Shown here: piece after piece, positions 39,716-49,117 of the stretch
Layout of the letters: every line of letters begins with the position of its first letter
How positions within the stretch are numbered: the first letter of the stretch is position 1
Assembly (NCBI GenBank): GCA_965204735.1
Contig: OZ242008.1
Coordinates: forward strand, 2,624,001 to 2,688,000
Source: Longimicrobiales bacterium
Lineage (GTDB): Bacteria > Gemmatimonadota > Gemmatimonadetes > Longimicrobiales > Gaopeijiaceae
Direction of reading: 5' to 3'
DNA: 64,000 nucleotides
Notes under the pieces: generated by a model
The model's database searches: none
What the model was told of the DNA's origin: nothing
Seen by the model: only the letters and a program-made list of their open reading frames with translations
Program-made: the position numbers and the translations under genes

Positions 39716-40905
39716 GGCCTGCCGTCGGGAGGCGCCGCCCCGCGGGTTCGCACGATCATCCCTTCGGTGGCGAAGGAGATGCCGCCCACCACGACGGACT
39801 CGCCGGGGCGCAGGTCGCCGGCCACCAGCACCGAGTCCTCGGGACGTTGGAGCACGCGCACCGGCACGACCGCGACCGCGCTGTCGTCGCGGACCGCCCA
39901 GACTTCGTCGCCGGCGCGGAGGGCCGGACGGGGCAAGGCGAACCACGGCTCGGCCGCGCCGCCGTCAATGCGCGCGTCCACGAACTGGCCCACCAGGAGG
40001 GGCGGGCCGCCGCCGCGGAACGGACCAGGGACCCGGACGATCACGTGCACCGTCCGCGTGCGCTCGTCCAGGGCGGTCTCGGCCCTGTCCACGTAGCCGG
40101 CCCAGCTTCGACTGCCGTCGCCGAAGCGAGCGAAGACTCGGGCCGCCATGCGTCGGTCCCCGTCGCCGGCCCGCAGCTCCCAGAGTCCGGGCAGGAGCGA
40201 GGCGTCGGCGTCGGCCAGCGGCACCACCACCTCCACGGCGTCGGCGGCGTAGAGGCGCCCGACGGCTTGGCCGGGGGCCACGAACCGGCCCAGCGCGACC
40301 GACTCGCTTCTGACGATGCCCCCGAACGGCGCTCGGACCTCGGTGCGGGAGAGGGCCAGCTCCGCGTCGGCCAGGGCGGCGCTGTCCCGAGCGAGCGCGG
40401 CGCGGGCGGCCGCCAGCTGGGGCTCGCGCAGGGTCAGCGGGCTGGCCTCCTCGACCTCGGCCTCGTCCGCGCGGCGCCTGCGGAACCGCTCGTACTCGGA
40501 GCGCGCGATGCGGACTTCTTCCTGCGCCTGCAGAAGGGCCACCTGCTGGGCCGCCACGTTGGCGCGGGCCTGGCGGACCCGGTTTTGGTAGTCGGCGTCC
40601 TCGACGCGGAAGAGAACCTGTCCCCGGCGGACCCTGCCGCCGCTCTGGAACGCCGGGTCCACCCACACCACCTTGCCGGCCACTTGGGCGGCCACCTCGA
40701 CCTCGGCCCGGGGGCGCACGGTGCCGGCGCCGTGGACCGGGATCGGCCCCGCCCCCGCCCGAGCCGGCGCGACGGAGACGTAGGGAACCCGGGACGGCGA
40801 GGGTGCGGCAGGAGGGTCGGGACGGAACAGCACCATCAAGACCGCGACCACCGCGAAGCCCAGGAAGACGGCGGCCGCCAGCAAGAGGTTGCGACCCCGG
40901 CTCAC
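39712..40905 (-). CDS. RND periplasmic adaptor (membrane fusion protein)
   Basis: N-terminal TM, lipoyl half motifs (VAGKVVWV; VRAPFGGIV), coiled coil; GTG 40905 or 40908. Confidence 0.92.
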   Translation of the reverse strand: MSRGRNLLLAAAVFLGFAVVAVLMVLFRPDPPAAPSPSRVPYVSVAPARAGAGPIPVHGAGTVRPRAEVEVAAQVAGKVVWVDPAFQSGGRVRRGQVLFRVEDADYQNRVRQARANVAAQQVALLQAQEEVRIARSEYERFRRRRADEAEVEEASPLTLREPQLAAARAALARDSAALADAELALSRTEVRAPFGGIVRSESVALGRFVAPGQAVGRLYAADAVEVVVPLADADASLLPGLWELRAGDGDRRMAARVFARFGDGSRSWAGYVDRAETALDERTRTVHVIVRVPGPFRGGGPPLLVGQFVDARIDGGAAEPWFALPRPALRAGDEVWAVRDDSAVAVVPVRVLQRPEDSVLVAGDLRPGESVVVGGISFATEGMIVRTRGAAPPDGRP

Positions 40906-42521
40906 CACGCGCCCTCCCTCGGGCGGAGCTGGGCGCCCCCGCCCGTCGTGCCCGGCCCCGGGACCATGCGCGGCTCCGGGAAGCGGTCCGCCGCGGTCCA
41001 TGCGCCTCCCAGCGCCCGGTGAACCGCCAGCCGGGCCAGCGCCAAGTCCCGCCCGGCCCCGGCAAGTTCGGACTCCACGCCCAGCAGGGTCCGATGGGCG
41101 TCCAACCATCCCGCGTAGCCGCCAACTCCCGAGGCGTATCGATCCGCCTGCAAGTCCGCGGACGCCTGCGCCTCCACCATCTGCGCGGCCAGGAAGTCGT
41201 GGCGCCGTTGTTCGTTCCGCAGCGCCGTCAGCGCGGATTCGGCCTCGTGAACCGCCGTGACGACGGCACGCCCGTAGGCGGCGGCCGCCTCCTCGAACCG
41301 GGCCTGGGCCAAGGCGACGTTGCTCCGCAGCCGCCCGCCCTGCAGCAGCGGCGCCGTCAAGTTGGCCAAGAGGTTGCGGAACCACTGGTCCACATCGAAG
41401 AGCCCCCCGGCGTCGGCGGACTGGACGCCGAGCGAACCGGAGAGCGACAACGACGGAAGCAGCTCGGCGCGACGTGCTCCGACCCGGTAGCGAGCAGCCT
41501 CGAGCCGTCGGTAGGCGGCGGCCACGTCCGGGCGCTGCTGCAGCAGCTGGGCGGGCGTGCCGGCGTGGACCGGAAGAGGCGGCGCAGCGGCGCCGGGGAG
41601 CGCAGGCGCGCCCGAGTCCGGGAAGACCGCGGCCAAGTCCTTGCGGTAGCGCCCCAAGAGGACGGCCAAGCGCCCCTCGGAGACGGCGAGGGCCTTCTCC
41701 ACGGCGGACAGCGCAGCTTGGGCGGCGCGCCGGTCCCGCCGGAGCTGGTACACTTCGAGCGAGGTGGCCAAGCCCCGGTCGTAGCGGGTCTCCGCAAGCG
41801 CTTCCCGCTCCGCCAGGACCTCCGACGTTTCGCGAGCCAGGGCGGTCTGCCGCCGGAGCGCCGCGATCTCGAAGTAGGCCGTGATCGTCTCCGCCAGCAC
41901 GCCGATGCGAGCGGTCTCGAAGTCGGCTTCCGTCGCCAGGTGGTCGCTCCCCGCGGCCCTGGCGTTGTTGCGCGCCCGGCCCCAGAAGTCGATCTCGTAG
42001 GAGAAGTCGACGCCCACCGACCACGTGCTGAAGGCGAAGCGGTCCAGGGCCGGCGTCGCAGAGGCCGAGTCTCCTCCCGTTCGGCCCAGCGCAAGCGCTC
42101 GGATCCGGCTTCCCAGCCCGGTGTTGGCCGGGGCGTTCTGGTCGCTGGTGCCGGCCGACAGCTGAACGGCGGGCAGCAGCGCCGCGCGGGCGACCCCGGC
42201 CTGGGCCCGGGCTTGCCGCACCCGGGCCACGGCGGCGGCCAAGTCGAAGTTGGACGCCAGGGCGGTGTCGACCACGGCGTCCAGCACCGGGTCCCGGAAC
42301 GCCGTCCACCACTCCAGCGGCACGTGGGCAAGCGGCGCGCGGGCGGCGAGTTCGGCAGGCGCAAGCTCTGCTCCGGCGTCGCCTGCTTCAAAGGCCGCGG
42401 GCAGCGAGGCCGCGGGCGCCGGCACCTCGGGCTTCGGCGCAAAGGAGCATGCGGCCAGCGCCAGCACCGCAAGCGCCGTCGGCGGGAACGCCGGGCTGGG
42501 AAAGGCGACTTCTTGCGGCAT
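40902..42521 (-). CDS. Efflux outer-membrane factor lipoprotein (NodT/OprM family)
   Basis: LAAC lipobox, WWTAFRDP, YEIDFWGR, LLQQRPDV, ALGGAW. Confidence 0.94.
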   Translation of the reverse strand: MPQEVAFPSPAFPPTALAVLALAACSFAPKPEVPAPAASLPAAFEAGDAGAELAPAELAARAPLAHVPLEWWTAFRDPVLDAVVDTALASNFDLAAAVARVRQARAQAGVARAALLPAVQLSAGTSDQNAPANTGLGSRIRALALGRTGGDSASATPALDRFAFSTWSVGVDFSYEIDFWGRARNNARAAGSDHLATEADFETARIGVLAETITAYFEIAALRRQTALARETSEVLAEREALAETRYDRGLATSLEVYQLRRDRRAAQAALSAVEKALAVSEGRLAVLLGRYRKDLAAVFPDSGAPALPGAAAPPLPVHAGTPAQLLQQRPDVAAAYRRLEAARYRVGARRAELLPSLSLSGSLGVQSADAGGLFDVDQWFRNLLANLTAPLLQGGRLRSNVALAQARFEEAAAAYGRAVVTAVHEAESALTALRNEQRRHDFLAAQMVEAQASADLQADRYASGVGGYAGWLDAHRTLLGVESELAGAGRDLALARLAVHRALGGAWTAADRFPEPRMVPGPGTTGGGAQLRPREGAW

Positions 42522-42527
42522 ATTCCT

Positions 42528-43880
42528 CTAGGCCGACGCCGGCCGGGCCGGGGCGCGAGCCGTCCGCGCGGCCCCTGCCGCCAGCTCCTGCATGTCGCTC
42601 CCCGCCGGGGTCTGGAAGACCCGCAGGGCGAAGTCCGGCAACACTGCGATCAGGTGGTCGAAGATGTCGCCTTGCAGGGACTCGTAGCTGGCCCATGCCG
42701 TGTCGGCGGCGAAGCAGTACACCTCGATTGCCACGCCCTGGGGTCCCGGAGCCAGCTGCCGCACGAGGAGCGTCATCTCGTCGTGGATGCCGGGGTGCGT
42801 CTCCAGGTAGCGCAGCACATAGGCGCGGAAGGTTCCCAGGTTGGTGAGTCGGCGGAGTTCGGGCCGGGTTTCCGAGCGAACCGCTTCCGCCTCCGGTTTC
42901 CCGGCAACGGCCTCGGCGACGGCCGACCTTGCCGCGTCGGTCTTGGCGGCGTTGTGGCGGCCGATCTCGTCGCGCTTGCGCCGCATGTAGTCCCGCAACC
43001 CCTCTCGCCTGGACAGCGCCTGCACCTCTTCGTCGGTCAGGAAACGCACAGAGTTCATGTCGATGCTCAAGGAGCGCTTGATCCTCCGACCGCCCGACTC
43101 CGACATCCCCCGCCAGTTCTTGAAGGACTCGCTGATGAACTTGTGCGTCGGAATCGTGGAAATGGTCTTGTCCCAGTTCTGGACCTTGACCGTGTGCAGG
43201 GCGATGTCGATCACGTCGCCGTCGGCGTTGGCCTGGGGCATCGACACCCAGTCGCCGATCCGAATCATGTCGTTGGACATGATCTGGACGCTGGCGACCA
43301 GCGACAGGATCGTGTCCTTGAAGACGAGCATCAGCACCGCCGCCAAGGCCCCCAGCCCCGAGAGGAAGACCAGGGGCGAACGGTTCAGGAGCACCGCTGC
43401 CGCCACGATCCCCGCCGCGATGTACGCAAGCAGGCTGAGCACCTGCAGATAGCCCTTGACCGGCCGGGACTTGGCGTCGGCGTAGGATTGGTTGTAGATG
43501 TCGTTGACGGCGTCCAGGAACCCCTTGAACGCCCGCGCCAGCGCAACCACCACGTACGCCGCCGACACCCGTCGCGCGAGCGTCCACAGCGCCGCCGCCG
43601 CGCCCTCGGCGGGAACCAGCCCCACGTCCGGCAAGGTCAGGGCGGGACCGATCCCGTAGTAGACGATCAGCGCCGGCGCCACGCGGGCGACCCGCGTGAA
43701 GACCCGTCGCTCGATCAGCCGGTCGTCCCACGTGGACCGGGTGCGCTCGGCAATGCGTCGGGCGGCGCCGTTCATGAGCCGGGCCGCCGTTCGGCCGGCG
43801 ATCCACGCGATCAGGGCCAGGCCGGCGAGGGCGCCCATCGCCCAAGGCCAGTTCTCGGGAACGGCGGGAATCTGAAGCAT
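42528..43880 (-). CDS. MscS-family mechanosensitive channel (YbdG-like)
   Basis: FKDTILSLVAS, VKVQNWDKT, NWRGMSESGGRRIKR, TNLGTFRAY. Confidence 0.93.
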   Translation of the reverse strand: MLQIPAVPENWPWAMGALAGLALIAWIAGRTAARLMNGAARRIAERTRSTWDDRLIERRVFTRVARVAPALIVYYGIGPALTLPDVGLVPAEGAAAALWTLARRVSAAYVVVALARAFKGFLDAVNDIYNQSYADAKSRPVKGYLQVLSLLAYIAAGIVAAAVLLNRSPLVFLSGLGALAAVLMLVFKDTILSLVASVQIMSNDMIRIGDWVSMPQANADGDVIDIALHTVKVQNWDKTISTIPTHKFISESFKNWRGMSESGGRRIKRSLSIDMNSVRFLTDEEVQALSRREGLRDYMRRKRDEIGRHNAAKTDAARSAVAEAVAGKPEAEAVRSETRPELRRLTNLGTFRAYVLRYLETHPGIHDEMTLLVRQLAPGPQGVAIEVYCFAADTAWASYESLQGDIFDHLIAVLPDFALRVFQTPAGSDMQELAAGAARTARAPARPASA

Positions 43881-43895
43881 GGCGGCCGCCCTTCG

Positions 43896-45122
43896 CTAGC
43901 GGGACTCGCCCAGCTCTTCGGCCAGAAGGTCCAGCGCCAAGTCGACGATCTCGACCAAGTGGGGGTGCGCCCGGTTGCCGTTGGTGAGGAGCGCGACGCC
44001 GAAGCCCCGAGTCCTGTTGCCGGAAGCGAACGCGGTGTAGCCCGGCACGCTCCCGGAGTGGGCGAAGAAGCGCTCGCCGGCGCGCTCGGACACCCACCAG
44101 GTGAGGCCGTACCCCGGGTTGTCGTGGCCCCATCCGCCGCCCATCGGCTCGCCCGCGAACTGCTCGTACTGGAGCGTGTGCATCTCGTCCAAGGTCTCCG
44201 GCTCCAGCAGCCTGCCGTCGCCCCAGGCCCCGTCGCCCAAGTTGAAGCGGACCCAGGCGGCTTGGTCGTGGACGGTTCCGTAGACGATTCCCGCCGGCCA
44301 GACGTTGGCCTTCAGCCGAACCGCGGGCGCGTTGCGGCCGGTGTCTTCGTCGGGCACGTAGGGGAAGGCCAGGCGCTCGGCCATTGCGGGCGTCGGGTCG
44401 AAGGCGGTGGAGGTCATGCCCAGCGGTCCCCACACGCTGTCGCGGACGTACTCCTTGTAGGGCCTGCCCGAGAACTTCTCGACCAAGCGCCCGACCAGCG
44501 AGTAGGCCATGTTGGAGTAGACCACGCCCTCCAGCGGAGGCGACTCCACCCGCAGGGAGTCTCGCAGGTAGGCGTCCAGCGAGAGGGGCGACGTGTCTCC
44601 CCACACCGCGTGGGGGCCGAAGTCCACGGGCATCCCGGAGGTGTGGGTCAGAAGGTGGCGGAAACGGACGGGATCGTTCGGATCCTCGCCGCGAACGACC
44701 AGGTCTTCCAGGTGGTCGCGCACCGGGTCGTCCAGGCCGAACTTGCCCTGCTCCATCTGCTGCAGGAGGGCGACGGTGGACTGGGCCTTGAAGGTGGAGC
44801 CGATCAGGTAGACGGTCTGGGTGGTGGCCGGCGTGCGCGCCCACAGGTTCGACTGGCCGAAGGCGGCGCTCCAGAGCTCGCCCTGGCGGTCCGTGAGGGC
44901 CACGGCCACCGACGGGATGCGGCCCTCCACCATGGCGCGGCGTATCTCGGGGGCAAGGCGGGCGGCCACGGCCTGGACCCCGGCTTGGGGCGCCGGGGCC
45001 CCCTGGCCTGCGAGGGCTGCGTCTGCGGACGCTGCCGGGGCCGCCAGCGACGAGGCGGCCAGGGCGACGGAGAGAGTCGATCGGCCCCGCGGAGCAAGGG
45101 CAGGCCAACTGAAGCGAAGCAT
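43896..45122 (-). CDS. Exported serine hydrolase, beta-lactamase family
   Basis: SxxK (STFK), LLTHTSG, YSN, HSG; signal peptide. Confidence 0.92.
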   Translation of the reverse strand: MLRFSWPALAPRGRSTLSVALAASSLAAPAASADAALAGQGAPAPQAGVQAVAARLAPEIRRAMVEGRIPSVAVALTDRQGELWSAAFGQSNLWARTPATTQTVYLIGSTFKAQSTVALLQQMEQGKFGLDDPVRDHLEDLVVRGEDPNDPVRFRHLLTHTSGMPVDFGPHAVWGDTSPLSLDAYLRDSLRVESPPLEGVVYSNMAYSLVGRLVEKFSGRPYKEYVRDSVWGPLGMTSTAFDPTPAMAERLAFPYVPDEDTGRNAPAVRLKANVWPAGIVYGTVHDQAAWVRFNLGDGAWGDGRLLEPETLDEMHTLQYEQFAGEPMGGGWGHDNPGYGLTWWVSERAGERFFAHSGSVPGYTAFASGNRTRGFGVALLTNGNRAHPHLVEIVDLALDLLAEELGESR

Positions 45123-45412
45123 GGGAACCCTCGTTCCGGGGCAAGGTGGCGACGGACCGGCGGAAAGGCGGCGGACCACGTTGCGACAATCGAACGCCAG
45201 TTGCCTCCGGTCAAGGGGACAGGACGTCTCTTCGCCGGCGCGCCTCTTGCAGGTTCTTGCTGGCGGAGGCGTCGGCAATCGGAACCGGAGGGAGGCAGCC
45301 GAGGCTGCGCCGAGGGTTGCGCGTCGGCCCGGCAGTCGGTTTAGTAGTGTCGTGGGAATCGACGCCGACACTGCTCATCGCCTCATCATCACGCGAACAC
45401 GCCGAGCCGCCC

Positions 45413-45838
45413 GTGATCAAGCCCGCCTTCCCGCCGCCCGGCCGACGCCCGCCCGTCGTCTCCGACCGGATGCGGATCAGCGTCGAGCCCGCGTACTCCC
45501 ACGGCCACTCCGCGCCACCGGACCGCCACGTGTTCGCCTACTTCGTGCGGATCGAGAACGTGGGCAATCAGCCCGCCCAGCTCTACTGGCGCCACTGGAA
45601 GATCCACGACCCGGTGGCCGGCGACCAGGAAGTGGAGGGCGAAGGCGTGGTGGGCGAGTCCCCCATGCTGGAGCCCGGCGACGTGCACGAGTACTGCAGC
45701 TACTGCATTCTGGAGAGCCGCAACGGCCACATGGAAGGGTTCTACCACTTCCGAGAGAGGGACGGAACGGCGTTTCGCGCCGAGATCCCCCGGTTCTTCC
45801 TGCAGGTTCCCCTGGGCGCCGGGGGACCTGTGGCCTGA
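45413..45838 (+). CDS. apaG: ApaG domain protein
   Basis: FAYFVRIEN, RHWKI, EVEGEGVVGESP, GHMEG; start inferred. Confidence 0.92.
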   Translation: MIKPAFPPPGRRPPVVSDRMRISVEPAYSHGHSAPPDRHVFAYFVRIENVGNQPAQLYWRHWKIHDPVAGDQEVEGEGVVGESPMLEPGDVHEYCSYCILESRNGHMEGFYHFRERDGTAFRAEIPRFFLQVPLGAGGPVA

Positions 45839-45874
45839 TCCGGCCGGGCTCGTCCGACGGCGCCGGCGCCGGCC

Positions 45875-46429
45875 TCAGCGAATGCGTCGGTAGATTGCGT
45901 GGCTCACGCTCTCGGTGCCGTCCGCCAGCGTGCGCCGGTACTCGTTGTCGATCGTGTTCCCGTCCTCCGAGAGCACGTTGACGATGACTTGGCCGACCTC
46001 GCCGTTGCGCCGGTTCAGGATCCGGTTGGTGCGCTCGTCCACCACTTCCACCGCACTCTCGGCGTTCTCCTGGCCCGCGACCGGACGGAAGACGCCGTCG
46101 AAGAGCGTCGTGTAGCTCCACTCCGACTCCTCGCCCTCGGCGTTGGTGGTGGCCACCGTGATCTTCATGCCGCCGTCGCCCCAGGGCTCGTAGGTCATGA
46201 CGTTCTTGTACGGCGGCGGCCGGTCGGATTCCAGCTGCCAGACGCCGAAGCGGGGGTTCGAAGCGGCCTCGGCGTCGGCCCCGGCGCCAGCGGGCGTCTC
46301 CAGGGCGTCGGATTCGAGGGCCGGCTCCTCGCCGCCGTCCGACGGGCCGCAGGCGACGGACGCGAGGGCGAACGAGGCGAAGGCGAAGAGGGAAGCGACG
46401 GGGTTGCGACGGCTGGAAACGTTCATCAT
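45875..46429 (-). CDS. Hypothetical lipoprotein
   Basis: SVAC lipobox, acidic linker, beta-rich domain beginning FGVWQL. Confidence 0.75.
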   Translation of the reverse strand: MMNVSSRRNPVASLFAFASFALASVACGPSDGGEEPALESDALETPAGAGADAEAASNPRFGVWQLESDRPPPYKNVMTYEPWGDGGMKITVATTNAEGEESEWSYTTLFDGVFRPVAGQENAESAVEVVDERTNRILNRRNGEVGQVIVNVLSEDGNTIDNEYRRTLADGTESVSHAIYRRIR

Positions 46430-46658
46430 GGCTGACCGGCGGTTCGGGGACCTTTGGGGCATGGGGGATCGGCAGTGGTATGCCGCCGCCCATCGAACGG
46501 AGCATTCTACGCCTCCCAATATAGTGTGCGCGTCAGTCGTCGGCTTCGGCGGTTCCGCTACGCCCACGTGCTGGCCGGCACTTGTCCCGACTATTTGGCC
46601 GGCACTATGAAGAATGGTCGCGACTTCGCTACCCGCCCTTCCGTCAGGAGGTCCTGGA

Positions 46659-47858
46659 ATGACGCGCTTCAATCGGAGAAACGGACGGGCGGCACTCGGG
46701 ACCCGGCGGATTCCGGCCTCTCGCAGGCTGTTCGCCGTGCCGGCCGTCGTCGCGACCGTCCTCTGGGCGGCGTCGCCCGGCACCGCGACGCAGGAAGCCC
46801 CCGACGCGACGGTCCTGGAACCGTGCCGGGCACGCTGCGGCATCGCCCTCGTGCCCGACGGCGAAGACTCGGGCGACGGGATGATCGAGACGACGAGGGC
46901 AGCGTCGTGGAAGGACGCCTCCGGCCGCCTCTACGTGGTTGGCGTTCCGGCCACTCATCTTCTGGTGTTCGGTCCCGACGGAAGCTTCCTGGGGCGAGTC
47001 GGTCGCGAAGGAGACGGCCCTGGAGAGTTCAGGGACGTGAGTTCCGTCGTACTGATCGACGACGGCGTCTTCTCTGTCCTGGATATGCGCACGGGGCGCA
47101 TCCAAACCTTCGACTGGACCGGGAAGCTGCTACGGGGGGTCCAACCCCAGAACTGGAGTCCAAGGGGCGTCTACACAGTCCACGTCGACGGCGCCTTGGC
47201 CGTCCATGTCGCCGACATCCGATCGCCGGCTCAGGTGGGCTATCCGCTGCATTTGGTCGATCTCGACAGCGGCACGATCCTCGAGTCCTTCGGCTCCCTG
47301 ACGGGAGAGCTTCCCTTGGGAGGCCACCTCGAGCAGCGCACGATAGCCCCCGGGCCGGGACGCGCGGTCTGGACGGTCCGCCACTACACCGCTTACGAGA
47401 TTGAACTGTGGGAGCCGAACACCTTGCTCCGCACCTTGCGGCGCGACGCCGAGTGGTTCCCGCCCGTTTCTATCGACCAAGTGGGTGGTCACGACGACCG
47501 GCCGAGTCCGACCGTAGGCGAGATCGCGGCCGACGATTCGCTGCTCTGGGTCCTGGTCTACACGGCGGATGACCGGTGGGCGGAGGCAAACGGGTTCCAG
47601 AACCCCGACCTGCGTTACGACACGACGGTCGAGGTCATCGACTGGCGTCGCGGACGGATCGTCGCCAGCCAACGCTTCGACGACTACTACCTGGCTTGGC
47701 CGGAGCCGGGCCTGACCGGCAGGGTGGCCGTCAAGCCGGACGGCTCCGTGCGCTATGTGACTTATCGGGTCGAATTGGAGCGCGTGCGGCCGCGGCCGCG
47801 CCGGCCGAGATTGCTGCCCGGTCGAACGCCTTTCCACATCCAGGAGGTCCTGGAATGA
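46659..47858 (+). CDS. Exported beta-propeller protein (6-bladed/NHL-like), copy 1
   Basis: AGGAGG RBS; signal peptide; VFGPDGSFLGRVGREGDGPGEF motif. Confidence 0.85.
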   Translation: MTRFNRRNGRAALGTRRIPASRRLFAVPAVVATVLWAASPGTATQEAPDATVLEPCRARCGIALVPDGEDSGDGMIETTRAASWKDASGRLYVVGVPATHLLVFGPDGSFLGRVGREGDGPGEFRDVSSVVLIDDGVFSVLDMRTGRIQTFDWTGKLLRGVQPQNWSPRGVYTVHVDGALAVHVADIRSPAQVGYPLHLVDLDSGTILESFGSLTGELPLGGHLEQRTIAPGPGRAVWTVRHYTAYEIELWEPNTLLRTLRRDAEWFPPVSIDQVGGHDDRPSPTVGEIAADDSLLWVLVYTADDRWAEANGFQNPDLRYDTTVEVIDWRRGRIVASQRFDDYYLAWPEPGLTGRVAVKPDGSVRYVTYRVELERVRPRPRRPRLLPGRTPFHIQEVLE

Positions 47859-49000
47859 CGCGCTTCAATCGGAGAAACGGACGGGCGGCACTCGGGACCT
47901 GGCGGCGTCCGGCCTCTCGCAGGCTTTTCGCCCTGCCGGCCGTCGTCGCGACCGGCATCTGGGCGGCGTCCCCCGGCGTTGCGACGCAGGAAGCCCCCGA
48001 CGCGACGGTCCTGGAACCGTGCCGGGCACGCTGCGGCATCGCCCTCGTGCCCGACGGCGAGTACGGCGAAGACTCGGGCGACGGGATGATCGAGACGACG
48101 ATGGCAAGATCGTGGAAGGACGCCTCCGGACGCCTCTATCTGGTGGGCATGTCGTCCAACCACATTCTGGTGTTCGGTCCCGACGGGAGCTTCCTGGGAC
48201 GAGTCGGCCGCGAAGGAGCCGGCCCCGGAGAGTTCGAGATCCTGGGCTCCTTGGCGTTGATCGAAGACGGCATCTTCTCCGTCACGGACCAGGGGCTGGG
48301 ACGCATCCAGACCTTCGACTGGACCGGGAAGCTGCTGCGGGGAGTCCAGCCCCAAGGTTGGCAACCGATCGGGAGCTATACGGTCCACGTCGGCGGCTCC
48401 TTGGCCGTCCACGCCGCCGACATCCGGTCGCCTGCTCAGGTGGGATACCCGCTGCACTTGATCGATCTCGACAAAGGCACGGTCGTCGAGTCCTTCGGGT
48501 CCCTGACCGGCGAACTTCCCTTGGGAGGCCACGTCGAGCCGCGCACAATCGCTCCCGGACCTGGGCGCGCGGTCTGGGCGGCCCGTCACTTCACTGCCTA
48601 CGAGTTCGAGCTCTGGGAGCCGAACACGTTGCTTCGCACCTTGCGCCGCGACGCCGAGTGGTTCCCGTCCATATCGATCGACGAAGTGGGCGCTCACGGC
48701 CGAAGACCGACCCCTACCGTCGGCCAGATCGCGGCCGACGACTCGCTGCTCTGGGCGGTCGTCTTCACGGCGGGCGACCGATGGGCAGAGGCGGACGAGC
48801 ACCGGGACCCCGACCTGCGTTACGACACGACGGTCGAGGTCATCGACTGGCGGCGCGGGCGGATCGTGGCCAGCCAACGCTTCAACGGCTTCTACGGCGG
48901 CTGGCCAGAGCCGGGACTGACCGGCCGGGTGGTCGTCAAGCCGGACGGCTCCGTGCGCTACGTGACTTATCGGGTCGAGCTGGAGCGCCACGGTCGTTGA
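47855..49000 (+). CDS. Exported beta-propeller protein (6-bladed/NHL-like), copy 2
   Basis: Tandem paralog with identical RBS/start region. Confidence 0.85.
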   Translation: MTRFNRRNGRAALGTWRRPASRRLFALPAVVATGIWAASPGVATQEAPDATVLEPCRARCGIALVPDGEYGEDSGDGMIETTMARSWKDASGRLYLVGMSSNHILVFGPDGSFLGRVGREGAGPGEFEILGSLALIEDGIFSVTDQGLGRIQTFDWTGKLLRGVQPQGWQPIGSYTVHVGGSLAVHAADIRSPAQVGYPLHLIDLDKGTVVESFGSLTGELPLGGHVEPRTIAPGPGRAVWAARHFTAYEFELWEPNTLLRTLRRDAEWFPSISIDEVGAHGRRPTPTVGQIAADDSLLWAVVFTAGDRWAEADEHRDPDLRYDTTVEVIDWRRGRIVASQRFNGFYGGWPEPGLTGRVVVKPDGSVRYVTYRVELERHGR

Positions 49001-49117
49001 GGCCCCGACCTCGGACGGTCGGCCGGAAACCGCTTGTCCTGGAGCGGCGTAAGGGAGGCTCGTCGTGGCCGCTGCCACCGGCCCCCCGCTCCAAACTCCG
49101 CTGACGGGCGAGGCGTC

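Noticed and set aside
40803..45344. Very long antisense or alternate-frame ORFs (also 30417-33929, 36569-40096, 27596-30538)
   Set aside because: Expected stop-poor shadows of GC-rich genes; no recognisable motifs
46659..49000. Diversity-generating retroelement TR/VR pair
   Set aside because: Both copies are full genes, differences are not adenine-specific and include many synonymous changes, and no reverse transcriptase is present
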